Shown one piece after another: positions 10,352 through 19,790 of a stretch of 64,000 nucleotides of DNA (positions are counted from its first letter, which is position 1; every line of letters starts with the position of its first letter). Location: the NCBI GenBank assembly GCA_016182915.1, contig JACPFP010000002.1:27188-91187 (forward strand), in the 5' to 3' direction. A program made the translations under genes and the position numbers. Under the pieces are notes generated by a model that was not told the origin of the DNA, searched no databases, and was given only the letters and a program-made list of their open reading frames with translations. The stretch is from Candidatus Dojkabacteria bacterium. Its GTDB lineage: Bacteria > Patescibacteriota > Dojkabacteria > SC72.

Positions 10352-10403
10352 ATACCTATAAATCTATCACATAGACTTTGCTATGACAAACAAGAAAGGA
10401 GAC

Positions 10404-11135
10404 CTAAAAATAGAGATATTTTGAAATAAAATCGAGAACATAATTAACAGTTACAATGGATATCACGTAGGCGACCATAATAAAAGGGACAAGTGGTATA
10501 TATCTCTTCCTATTTCTCCTGTCTTTAAGAACAAGATAGATTGCATAGGTACCTGAAATCAGGATAGTAATCAGAAGAGTGAGAATACCAATCTCTAGAT
10601 TGAAGAGTAATAGAGTTGAGGAAAATATTAGAATATCTCCAAGCCCAATCTTCTCTTGTTTTAAATTTAAGATCCATATTGCAAGAAAAAGGATTGCAAC
10701 AGCAAGAAGTGAGTATGTAAAACTACTCAAGAGGGCATATATTAGGGAGACTCCAAAAATAACATCAACCAAAGTTTTAGGTATACTTTTGCTTTTGATA
10801 TCCCAGTAACTAAGGAGAAAGATATAGGTGAGGAAGAGATAGGGAAGAATTGAACTGTTATTCCAATACAGAAGCATAAAGGCTAACCCAAGGAATAGTT
10901 CTGAGACAGGGTAGTACCAGAAAACTTTCTTCCCACACTGTGAGCATTTACCCCCAGTAATAATGTAAGAGAGAATAGGGATGAGGTCATATACCCTTAG
11001 AGGCCTACCACACTTTTCGCAGTGCGAAGGTTTCATAAAAAGGTCATAACCACGAGCACCCTCCATTAAACGATAAGCAAGGGCGTTAAGAAAGCTTGCA
11101 AGTATTATTCCAATTATAAAAACTGCTATTACCAT
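10404..11135 (-). CDS. pilD: prepilin peptidase (A24 family) PilD
   Basis: 243 aa polytopic protein. The N-terminal cytoplasmic zinc-finger is CEKCGRPL...CSQCGKK. The A24 peptidase core follows. Confidence 0.9.
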   Translation of the reverse strand: MVIAVFIIGIILASFLNALAYRLMEGARGYDLFMKPSHCEKCGRPLRVYDLIPILSYIITGGKCSQCGKKVFWYYPVSELFLGLAFMLLYWNNSSILPYLFLTYIFLLSYWDIKSKSIPKTLVDVIFGVSLIYALLSSFTYSLLAVAILFLAIWILNLKQEKIGLGDILIFSSTLLLFNLEIGILTLLITILISGTYAIYLVLKDRRNRKRYIPLVPFIMVAYVISIVTVNYVLDFISKYLYF

Positions 11136-11161
11136 AACTAAATATACGGTATAGATATAAA

Positions 11162-11190
11162 TAAAAAAAGGGAGGCCGAAGCCTCCCTTT
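11162..11190 (-). terminator. rho-independent terminator downstream of the major pilin gene
   Basis: On the minus strand there is a 7-bp GC stem GGGAGGC/GCCTCCC with a TTCG loop, followed by a T7 run. It lies between the pilin stop at 11210 and the pilD start at 11135. Confidence 0.6.
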
Positions 11191-11209
11191 AAGTTTCAAT
11201 TACGAAGGT

Positions 11210-11782
11210 CTAGTTCCAACCCTCTCCACTTGCACCCCAATCTCCGCTGATAAACCCTGAAGCTACAGCAGCATCAAACTCATCCGCAGTAAGTTCTTTC
11301 TTAGATACAGTTGTCCCACCAATTGGAAGAATTCCAAACCCATTACCATTACAATATCCGCCAAGATCATTCTCATCATCAACGCCTCCAAAGGAGACGC
11401 AAACCAATGTACTTTGACCTGTGTCATCTACAGCATAGTAGTAAGTGGCATCACTTCCTCCGTCAAATGAGCTCGAATCAACATACTTCCCAAGAACACC
11501 AGTACTACTCAATGCACTATCAAAGGAGTCAAAATCTACTGATGAAGGATACTCTCTATTATCAGCATAATAACTCTGTAAACCTTGATATATCTGGTCT
11601 GCAGCACTTTGATGTTGCACTCTATTTGCTCTTTGAATTGCGAATCTTCCTGCAAAGATACCCATTGTCATAAGAATTACAAGGATTCCCATTACTACCA
11701 ACATTTCAACAAGTGTGAATGCTTTATATGATTTGAACTTAAACATACTTAAAAAGTATAAAATTAACTCTACTATATCCAA
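11210..11782 (-). CDS. pilA: type IV major pilin (PilA-like)
   Basis: The prepilin signal is MFKFKSYKA|FTLVEMLVVMGILVIL. The true start is probably the internal Met at about 11746. It has a small globular C-terminus with 2 Cys. It is followed by a strong terminator, as expected for a highly expressed pilin. Confidence 0.75.
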   Translation of the reverse strand: MDIVELILYFLSMFKFKSYKAFTLVEMLVVMGILVILMTMGIFAGRFAIQRANRVQHQSAADQIYQGLQSYYADNREYPSSVDFDSFDSALSSTGVLGKYVDSSSFDGGSDATYYYAVDDTGQSTLVCVSFGGVDDENDLGGYCNGNGFGILPIGGTTVSKKELTADEFDAAVASGFISGDWGASGEGWN

Positions 11783-11813
11783 TCTACATCAGTACCTGGT
11801 GGCTGTCAATAAT

Positions 11814-13025
11814 TTAACCAATTACCCCAGATAGGTTGAACATAGGCATATAGACGGCTAATGCAATGAAGGCAATTACGCCTCCCATAAGCACAAGCAT
11901 CAGCGGTTCCATAAGCGTAGCAATGTTATTTGTGGCCACAGTGACTTCATCATTGTAGTATTCGGCCATCTTTTCTAAAACGTTATCCATCTCTCCAGAT
12001 TCCTCACCGACCGCAATCATCTGACTTATAATTAGAGGGAATATCTGTGCACGTGCAATTGGTAGAGCAAGAGCCACACCTTTTTCAACCTCTTTCTTAG
12101 CCACCATCACCGCATCTTTATATATTACATTTGTAAGTGAACCTGCGGTTAATTCCAATGCCTTCACTATTGATAATCCACTTTTAAGCAAGAGTGCGAG
12201 TAGTCTTGTAAACTGAGCAATCTGCATTTTTGTAACAATCATTCCAAATATTGGAAGTTTTAGAGAAACTCTATGTATAAACTTCTTTCCATTTGGAGAA
12301 TCGTAGTAGTACTTGTACAAGATAGCAACGAGAATTGCGATAGTCGCAAGTAACCACCAATAGTTTATAAAGAAATTACTCGCCGTAATCATGAACTGAG
12401 TGATGGCAGGTAGTTCTGCACCGAACTCCCCATATATCTGTGCCATAGCAGGAACGAGGACAAACATCATAAGAAGAACAACACCCACAATAACCAACAC
12501 AATTATACTTGGATAGATCATTGCTGACTTAAGTTTCTCTCCCAATTTCTTTTGTTCTTCGAGTTCAACAGCAAGTCTTTCCAAAATAATCTGCAGGTTT
12601 CCACTTTCCTCTCCTGCTTCAACAAGATTAAGGGTAATGGAATCAAATACATTATTACTTTTTCTAAATGATTCTGCCAAGCCTTCTCCGCCTTGAACAT
12701 CCCCTAATACGTTTGATATAGTTCTTTTAAACATAGGATTCGTAGCCTGGGCTTCAAGAATCTCCAAGGCCTGGGTAAGAGGGAGTCCTGCACCAATCAT
12801 CGTAGCAAGCTGTCTCATGAAAACAACCTTATCTTTAATAGGAACCCCTCCGACATTAATTTCCTTAAGTTTGTCCCAACTTATACCAATCTCATCCTCA
12901 ACTTTAACAACAACGAGTTTCTTTCCTTGAAGAGTTTCAACAACAGTATCACGACTCCTAGATTCAATACTTCCTGTTATAATTTTTCCTTCAAGGTTCC
13001 TAGCTGTATATTTATATTTCTTCAT
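11814..13025 (-). CDS. pilC: type IV pilus platform protein PilC (GspF family)
   Basis: 403 aa with a duplicated GspF-type domain architecture and three TM segments. Confidence 0.9.
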   Translation of the reverse strand: MKKYKYTARNLEGKIITGSIESRSRDTVVETLQGKKLVVVKVEDEIGISWDKLKEINVGGVPIKDKVVFMRQLATMIGAGLPLTQALEILEAQATNPMFKRTISNVLGDVQGGEGLAESFRKSNNVFDSITLNLVEAGEESGNLQIILERLAVELEEQKKLGEKLKSAMIYPSIIVLVIVGVVLLMMFVLVPAMAQIYGEFGAELPAITQFMITASNFFINYWWLLATIAILVAILYKYYYDSPNGKKFIHRVSLKLPIFGMIVTKMQIAQFTRLLALLLKSGLSIVKALELTAGSLTNVIYKDAVMVAKKEVEKGVALALPIARAQIFPLIISQMIAVGEESGEMDNVLEKMAEYYNDEVTVATNNIATLMEPLMLVLMGGVIAFIALAVYMPMFNLSGVIG

Positions 13026-13034
13026 GTATAAAGG

Positions 13035-15320
13035 TTAGCTCTTAAGTAATCTTACAACTTCCTCTGGGTGAACTGCATAATCCTGAGCTTTATCCATAGT
13101 AATCAAACCTTCTCTAACAAGCTTTACCAGAGCATGCTCCAAGGAGACCATACCGACATCTGCACTAGTTCTAATTACATTATCAATTTGATGAGATTTA
13201 CCCTCTCTAATAAGATTCTTTACGGCACTAGTTCCAAGCATAATCTCAGAGACAGCTCTTCTTCCACCTCCATCAATTGGAATCAACCTCTGTGCTATTA
13301 CAGCTTCCAAAATGTTTGAGAGTTGAGCTCTAACCTGGGCCTGCTGATTCTCAGGAAATACATCAATAATACGGTCTATTGTCTGTGCCGCACTATTGGT
13401 ATGCAGGGTTGCAAACACAAGGTGTCCTGTCTCAGCAAGGGTAATGGTTGCCGCAATTGTTTCATAGTCTCTCATCTCACCAACCAGAATGACATCAGGA
13501 TCCTGTCTAAGTGCACTCTTTAGTGCAACAGCCCATGAATGGGTATCATCATGCATCTCTCTCTGGTCAACAACTGCTTTGGCCTTAGGGAAGATATACT
13601 CAATAGGGTCCTCAATCGTTATCATGTGAGCAGAACGATTCGTATTAATATGCTGCAATATTGCAGCCAGGGTAGTACTTTTTCCGTGCCCTGTAGGGCC
13701 AGTAACAAGGATGAGTCCCTGTTTCATATTTGCAAATTGTGCATAAATACCTGGCAACATAAGTTCTTCAATTGTTCGAATTCTTGTAGGAATCAATCTT
13801 AGAGCAGCAGCAAGATTCTCTCTTGAATAGAAAGCATTAATTCTGAACCTTGCTTCACCTCCATGTCTATGGGTATGAGCAAAATCAACCTCACGATTAA
13901 CCTCTAAAAGTTCTTTCTTTTGTTCTGTCAAAAGTGGGAATATCAATTCCTCAGAGTTTTCAGCAGAGACAATCTGTTGGTGTAATTCAATTAAAGTCCC
14001 ATCAATTCTAAGCATTACTGGATATCCAACAGAGATATGGACATCGGAAGCGTTTCTTTCGATGGCAAGATCAAGAATCTTATTAATATTTAGAGGATAT
14101 TTACCTCCGACAGTTGCTCCAGCATCTATAGATTCTGTACTTACAGAATCTTTTGCGTTTTCATCAATAACATTTGATGGCATAGTTACAGAAGATTCTC
14201 CAACCATTGAATCAACAGTTGGGGGAGTCTCAAGCGGAGTCGCAACAGTAGGCGACGCCTCACTTGGAGTGGTTGCCTGTTCTGATTGAAATTCCTCAAG
14301 AGGATCCACGGGGACACTTTCCTCAGTCTTAACTTCTTCTAGAGTAGGGGACACTAAAGTATCTGCCTGTGCAGCAACACTGGCATCTGGCACATCAGGG
14401 GAGGCAGAAATTGGAGGTTGAGAATTACCTGGATCTCCTAAATCAAGGGTAGGACTTTCAACAGTCTCCTCCGGATTAGGTGTTTCTATCATGGGATCGG
14501 GAGTGCTCATTTCACTAACAGATGGTGTTGATAACGGGACATCTAGGATAGTATCTGATTTCATCGGTTCAGAAAGGGGAACGTCCAATGAGCCTCCAGG
14601 ATTAATACTTGTATCTATATGTGAAGGAGTCTGGTCTGTGGCAGGTGTACTCATAGGCATTGATAATGGAGTTTCCATTGGCATATCCGTACCAGTTGAA
14701 GGTTGATCTGCTAATGGCATTGGTACATCTCCTGGGACAGCAGGTGTTTCAGGTCCATCCAAAGGGATATCTTCTTTTTTTGGTTCTTCCTTCTCTGGAG
14801 TTTCTTCAATTAGCTCCGACTTTAGCTCCGATAACTTTCGAGCAAGCGCTTGTAGCGGGCTCTCCTTTTTATCTTCCTTTTCGTCTTCTTTTTTTTCTTC
14901 CTCTTTTGGTTCTTCAACTGAAGGTTTCTCCATTTCCTCTTCCTTTTTTTCAGGTTCTATTGTTGGCTCAGTTGTAATAGGGTCAGGGGTCAGGGTAGGG
15001 GTTGGCATTGTCATTGGGTCTGATACAGGCATCGTTGTTGAAGACTGCATAAGGTCACTCATTGCTCCAGAGTTATTCTCGGGTAATGGAGTCATTGACG
15101 GGGAAGTGTCTGAAGTTTCAAATGTAGGACCTGATATCTGTTGACCTCTATTAGGATCTAGATCATCTATACTTTGCAAGGGTGCTGGTTGTGGGGTAGA
15201 AGTAGCCGGGTCAGGCGTTGGAGTAGAAACGGGCTGAGTAATAGCACTTGGACTACTACCACTATTATCTGTTTGAACAGGGTAATTTAAGTTTACTGAG
15301 TTATCGTCTTGGGCAGTCAT
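13035..15320 (-). CDS. pilT: twitching-motility retraction ATPase PilT with a long N-terminal low-complexity extension
   Basis: The C-terminal ~350 aa carry a Walker A motif (LILVTGPTGHGKSTT). They also carry PilT-type Asp/His boxes and the AIRNLIREGK motif. The N-terminal ~400 aa are a P/T/S/E/K-rich disordered region. Confidence 0.85.
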   Translation of the reverse strand: MTAQDDNSVNLNYPVQTDNSGSSPSAITQPVSTPTPDPATSTPQPAPLQSIDDLDPNRGQQISGPTFETSDTSPSMTPLPENNSGAMSDLMQSSTTMPVSDPMTMPTPTLTPDPITTEPTIEPEKKEEEMEKPSVEEPKEEEKKEDEKEDKKESPLQALARKLSELKSELIEETPEKEEPKKEDIPLDGPETPAVPGDVPMPLADQPSTGTDMPMETPLSMPMSTPATDQTPSHIDTSINPGGSLDVPLSEPMKSDTILDVPLSTPSVSEMSTPDPMIETPNPEETVESPTLDLGDPGNSQPPISASPDVPDASVAAQADTLVSPTLEEVKTEESVPVDPLEEFQSEQATTPSEASPTVATPLETPPTVDSMVGESSVTMPSNVIDENAKDSVSTESIDAGATVGGKYPLNINKILDLAIERNASDVHISVGYPVMLRIDGTLIELHQQIVSAENSEELIFPLLTEQKKELLEVNREVDFAHTHRHGGEARFRINAFYSRENLAAALRLIPTRIRTIEELMLPGIYAQFANMKQGLILVTGPTGHGKSTTLAAILQHINTNRSAHMITIEDPIEYIFPKAKAVVDQREMHDDTHSWAVALKSALRQDPDVILVGEMRDYETIAATITLAETGHLVFATLHTNSAAQTIDRIIDVFPENQQAQVRAQLSNILEAVIAQRLIPIDGGGRRAVSEIMLGTSAVKNLIREGKSHQIDNVIRTSADVGMVSLEHALVKLVREGLITMDKAQDYAVHPEEVVRLLKS

Positions 15321-15391
15321 CGATGTATATTTTAAACTAATCTAATGTTAAAGATATCCTATAAACGAACATATTTCAAAACCTATATTAA

Positions 15392-17209
15392 TTAATCTTT
15401 GGATACTCTTAAAACCTCTTCGATGGTAGTTATACCCTCGATAGCCTTAAGATATCCATCCTGAATCATAGTTATCATTCCATCCTCTATGGCAGTTTTT
15501 TCAACATCTGTAGCCATCACATCCTCCATCATCATTCTTCCAATCTTCTCTGTTACGGTCAACACCTCGAATATTCCGGTTCTCCCTTTATAACCGCTTC
15601 CTCCACATCTATCACATCCCTTTCCTCTATATAGATAGATCTGATCCATTCCACTTGGATCTTTGTCAGGCATCTTTAAAACAACTCCCTCCGCTTCTCT
15701 TGTTTTAGCAGCTTCAGCAAGTTTTTTAGCATAGTTAACAACATCAAAGTTTTTAACGCTGGCGAGAGCTTCCTTAATATTTTTCATAACTTCTGGCGCG
15801 GCAGGATATGATTCTGCACAGTATTTGCATACTCTTCTTGGAAGTCTCTGAGCAACAATACACCTCAACGTAGAAGCAAGAAGATACGACTCAATACCCA
15901 TATCTAGTAGTCTTGGGATTGCAGCAGAGGAACTATTCGTGTGAAGGGTTGAAAGAACTAAGTGTCCTGTGAGTGAAGCCTGAACTGCAAGCTGAGCTGT
16001 CTCCTGGTCTCTAATCTCTCCAACAAGTACAATATCTGGGTCTTGTCTTAAGATGGATCTTAAACCAGCGGCAAATGTAAGTCCTACTTCAGCCTTTACC
16101 TGAACCTGGGTAACCCCTGGAACTCGGATTTCAACAGGGTCTTCCAAAGTAATAATATTAACCTTAGGATCGTTTAAACGAATCAGTGCACCAGCCAAAG
16201 TCCTCGTCTTACCACTACCAGTAGGTCCAGTAACCAGGATAATTCCATTTGTCACACTCATAGCATCAAGGAGATGCTTGTAGGCAGCCCCTCTTAAGCC
16301 TGTTGTATCAAGGCTAATATGTTCAAGGTCGTTTTCAAGCAAACGCATTACAACTTTCTCACCATAGATATTTGGAAGAGTTGAAACACGAACGTCAATC
16401 TTTTTATCTCCAATCTTTAACTGTAACCTACCGTCAAGAGGAACTCTTTTCTCGTCAATCTTAAGTCTTGCAAGAATCTTAAGTCTTGAGACAACGGAAC
16501 TTGCAAGGTGCTTTGGCAATGAGAGCCTCTCTGTCATCATTCCGTTCACCCTAAACCTAACCCTTAATCTATTCTCAAGGGGTTCGATATGTATGTCTGA
16601 CGACCCCGTTTTCACACCATACTGAAGAATTGAATTAACAATACGGGCTACGGGAGCAGATTTAAGATCCATTCCTTCCATATTCCCAACATATTCATCT
16701 CCGACCTGTTCCGTTAAATCAGCAACTGGAACCTGCACATCTTCAAGGGCATCAGTTACCTCAGTACTCATATGGTCTCCAACCCGTCTATCCAATACTG
16801 CATTTACTCCGTTTGCATCTGCAAAATATATTTCTAATTTTGTACCTGCTGGATACTTGGTTTCAAGGGCTTGAATCACCTGTACATCGAATGGATCAAG
16901 CATTGCCACTTTTACAACGTTTTCAACATGAGAGAATGGTACTGCATTATACTTCCTTAGGCTTTCAACATTGATCTCAGAGAGTGATTGCTCGGGTATT
17001 TCAAGCGCGGTTAGGTCAACATACGGGATATTAAAAATGTCAGATTTAGCCTTAATCAAAGCCTTTTCATCGACGAGGCCAAGCCTTCTGATTATCTGCT
17101 CCTCTGTTTCGGAGGTCTTAGTTCTTTCAACTTCAACCTTATTTACCGAATCGGCAGGGATTACTCCTTGCGTTACAAGTTGTTGTAATATTGAGCGAGT
17201 CGGGTTCAA
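15392..17209 (-). CDS. pilB: type IV pilus assembly ATPase PilB (GspE family)
   Basis: 605 aa. It has a GSPII_E N-domain and a Walker A motif (ILVTGPTGSGKTRT). It has a C-terminal tetracysteine motif, CKYC...CDRCGGSG. The annotated start codon is TTG, and there is no in-frame ATG before the conserved N-domain. Confidence 0.9.
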   Translation of the reverse strand: MNPTRSILQQLVTQGVIPADSVNKVEVERTKTSETEEQIIRRLGLVDEKALIKAKSDIFNIPYVDLTALEIPEQSLSEINVESLRKYNAVPFSHVENVVKVAMLDPFDVQVIQALETKYPAGTKLEIYFADANGVNAVLDRRVGDHMSTEVTDALEDVQVPVADLTEQVGDEYVGNMEGMDLKSAPVARIVNSILQYGVKTGSSDIHIEPLENRLRVRFRVNGMMTERLSLPKHLASSVVSRLKILARLKIDEKRVPLDGRLQLKIGDKKIDVRVSTLPNIYGEKVVMRLLENDLEHISLDTTGLRGAAYKHLLDAMSVTNGIILVTGPTGSGKTRTLAGALIRLNDPKVNIITLEDPVEIRVPGVTQVQVKAEVGLTFAAGLRSILRQDPDIVLVGEIRDQETAQLAVQASLTGHLVLSTLHTNSSSAAIPRLLDMGIESYLLASTLRCIVAQRLPRRVCKYCAESYPAAPEVMKNIKEALASVKNFDVVNYAKKLAEAAKTREAEGVVLKMPDKDPSGMDQIYLYRGKGCDRCGGSGYKGRTGIFEVLTVTEKIGRMMMEDVMATDVEKTAIEDGMITMIQDGYLKAIEGITTIEEVLRVSKD

Positions 17210-17290
17210 GGGCAGTTGAACTAATATTATTCAATTAAGGATATATTAATAGTAGTTTAACGTCAATGCAAATATGCTATTATTTGTATC

Positions 17291-17974
17291 ATGACAAGAA
17301 TAATTATTTCAGATACAAAAGAGGGGAGGGAGGTACTTCTTCTTAAACAGGTTTCAGAACTTTTAAGAAGGGAATTTAATATGATTGTAGATATTCTTAA
17401 GATTCCTGATATTCACTATCTAACAACGGTCGAAAATAGTTTAGGGATTGAAGAGGTGAAGAAGTTTGTGCAATCTATGATGTTTAAGCCATTTCAGGAG
17501 ATATACCAGATAGCCATCATAGATAATGCAGAAAAGCTTACAACTGAAGCCCAGAACTCTCTTCTAAAGACTCTTGAGGAGTCTGGGGATAGTACTGTGT
17601 TTTTCCTGCTGACGAGTAGTGAGGGATTACTCTTGGATACAATTAGATCAAGGGGGAGTCTATATTACGGGGATATGGGAAATAATCATTTTGAGAGCGA
17701 GGTTGTGGGATCGTTTTTAGAATTGGATACTGCACATAGGTTAAGGTTTGTAGAAAAGCTTGGGGCAGAGAAGGAGAGGGATGAGATTGTATTGTTTCTG
17801 AACTCGCTACTAGAAAAATATAAGGTTGAGTTTGAGGAGGGGATTGTAAAGGGGGAGAGGAATCCGAGTATTGTTAAAAAGATTAGTGAGATTGAGGGGA
17901 CATTAGAGGCGATAAAGGGAAATGTAAATAAAAAGTTGGCATTGTACAACATGGTCGTGCAGATGGGGGAGTAA
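17291..17974 (+). CDS. DNA polymerase III delta-prime-like clamp-loader subunit (truncated, no P-loop)
   Basis: 227 aa. The motif DNAEKLTTEAQNSLLKTLEE matches the clamp-loader sensor/lid motif. The P-loop region is missing from the N-terminus. Confidence 0.45.
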   Translation: MTRIIISDTKEGREVLLLKQVSELLRREFNMIVDILKIPDIHYLTTVENSLGIEEVKKFVQSMMFKPFQEIYQIAIIDNAEKLTTEAQNSLLKTLEESGDSTVFFLLTSSEGLLLDTIRSRGSLYYGDMGNNHFESEVVGSFLELDTAHRLRFVEKLGAEKERDEIVLFLNSLLEKYKVEFEEGIVKGERNPSIVKKISEIEGTLEAIKGNVNKKLALYNMVVQMGE

Positions 17975-18222
17975 TATCTTTTTAGGAGACCACTCATATA
18001 AACGCTTTACGCTATTGGCTAGCAGTTTTATTTTTCTTGAGAAATATACCCTTCAGTAGACTTAGAGACCGCATATGTAAGGGAAATAATCCAATCAAAA
18101 CTAAGGTTAAAGCCTTAGCTTTGCTCTTGAGCTCAAACTGCAAGCCCTCACATTGTCTTCTAAGTCATCTAAATATTTGGAATATATAATCAAATCGCAA
18201 GTGCTTAACTATTTGACAGCCC

Positions 18223-19659
18223 CTAATTTAACTTAAGATCTCTTTGACCCTTCGATTCAGCATTCGGAATAGAGACACTAAATACAGTTAACCCACTCTC
18301 TCTTGCATAAGTAATCTTTCCTCCCCAAGTTTCTTCAATATATTTCTTTGAAATATACAGTCCCAGTCCACAACCATTTTCTCGAGTTGTAAAAAATTCT
18401 GTAAATAGCTTCTTCTGATTTTTGTCAGTGACACCCTCTCCATTATCGGTAATTGAGATATTTATGCCATCTCCTCTCGAAATAGCTTTAACCATTATCT
18501 GCGGGTTTTCCTTTCCTTTCACAGCCTCAAGTGCATTATCTAGAACATTAGTCAATACATGTTTTAATTTCGTCATATCCCCAGTAATTTTGAGCTCTCT
18601 CTCATTAAGGTTTGGTATTGGGACATTATAGCTATTAAATTTCCAGCTAAGTATTTCAACGACATTCGTAAAAATAGCACCTAGAGAGGAACTCGTTGTA
18701 TTTGTTTTCTCTGTAAGCTCCTCTCTAATAGAATCTAACTCATTGGTAATATCCTTAAAAGAAACTGCTAAATGAGTTTTCATTTTTGAGCTAATTCTCA
18801 GATTAGAGATTTCATTTAGTAAGCACATGAGCGGAGAACGAATATTATGAACTTTCTTCCCAATTCCCATCGCGATAAGAGCCAATTTATTCATTTGAGA
18901 AAACCTTTCTTTTTCGCTTTTATTTAGATAATGATATGCACTACTTAATGTAGCCTTCGATTCATCAAGCTTCAAATTACTCTGCATTAGTTTTACGGTC
19001 TGTTTTAGGACTCTTTTGTTAAGAACTTCATTTTTAAATTTAAGATCATCAACGAGTTTATGGATTTTAGATACTTGATTTTCAGAATGAGTATGGTAAA
19101 TCCAAATTACATGTGAGATTAAAACGAAGCATATACTAATTATCAGGGTATCGTAAATAAATACTTCAGGAGACCAATCAGATAGATATTTAATTATTTT
19201 CAGTGACTCCAAAATTCCAATAACAGGTACACTTACAAGGTAAATCAAAGCGACCCTAATACTCCATTCCTTTTTAAGCAGGTAAAAACATAATGAGAGA
19301 AATAATACTCCTAAAATAATTCCAATATAATGAAGTATACCCCACAAATAAAAGCAGATTAGACTAATCGTCCCTAGTATTCCAATCAACAGGTATCCAA
19401 AAACAATGAACTTACCTCGGATAAAAACTACTACAGTTAATATACTAACTAACAGAAAGAAAACATCCATTATGAAGTCTCTTATTAAAATCCTCCCAAC
19501 TACAAAACCAATGAAAATACTTATGGCGAAAAAGATTATACATATTACAATAGGGACAAAAAGTACAGAGGTAAGGAACTTATTGGAATTTTTGGTTTTA
19601 AGATCCCATTTCTTCCTAATATTAGCTATCCCTTTGAAATACTCCTTTAATATCCCCAT
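18223..19659 (-). CDS. sensor histidine kinase (multi-TM)
   Basis: 478 aa with 6-7 N-terminal TM helices. The H-box region is HNIRSPL. The C-terminal HATPase_c motifs are DNGEGV and GCGLGLYISK. Confidence 0.8.
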   Translation of the reverse strand: MGILKEYFKGIANIRKKWDLKTKNSNKFLTSVLFVPIVICIIFFAISIFIGFVVGRILIRDFIMDVFFLLVSILTVVVFIRGKFIVFGYLLIGILGTISLICFYLWGILHYIGIILGVLFLSLCFYLLKKEWSIRVALIYLVSVPVIGILESLKIIKYLSDWSPEVFIYDTLIISICFVLISHVIWIYHTHSENQVSKIHKLVDDLKFKNEVLNKRVLKQTVKLMQSNLKLDESKATLSSAYHYLNKSEKERFSQMNKLALIAMGIGKKVHNIRSPLMCLLNEISNLRISSKMKTHLAVSFKDITNELDSIREELTEKTNTTSSSLGAIFTNVVEILSWKFNSYNVPIPNLNERELKITGDMTKLKHVLTNVLDNALEAVKGKENPQIMVKAISRGDGINISITDNGEGVTDKNQKKLFTEFFTTRENGCGLGLYISKKYIEETWGGKITYARESGLTVFSVSIPNAESKGQRDLKLN

Positions 19660-19790
19660 GGTGAAACAATATTTTGGTGAGTTTTTAATATTGCTCGATA
19701 TTGAAGTGGTTTAAGACATAACATGAAATTAGATATATTTATTTTATTCCTAGATTATCTCATATGACCATAACAAAATCTTAACAATCT

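Noticed and set aside
18000-18222. 220-bp non-coding gap between convergent genes, inspected for a small RNA or repeats
   Set aside because: There is no recognisable structure, conserved motif or repeat. Only a weak GCTAGC palindrome is present.
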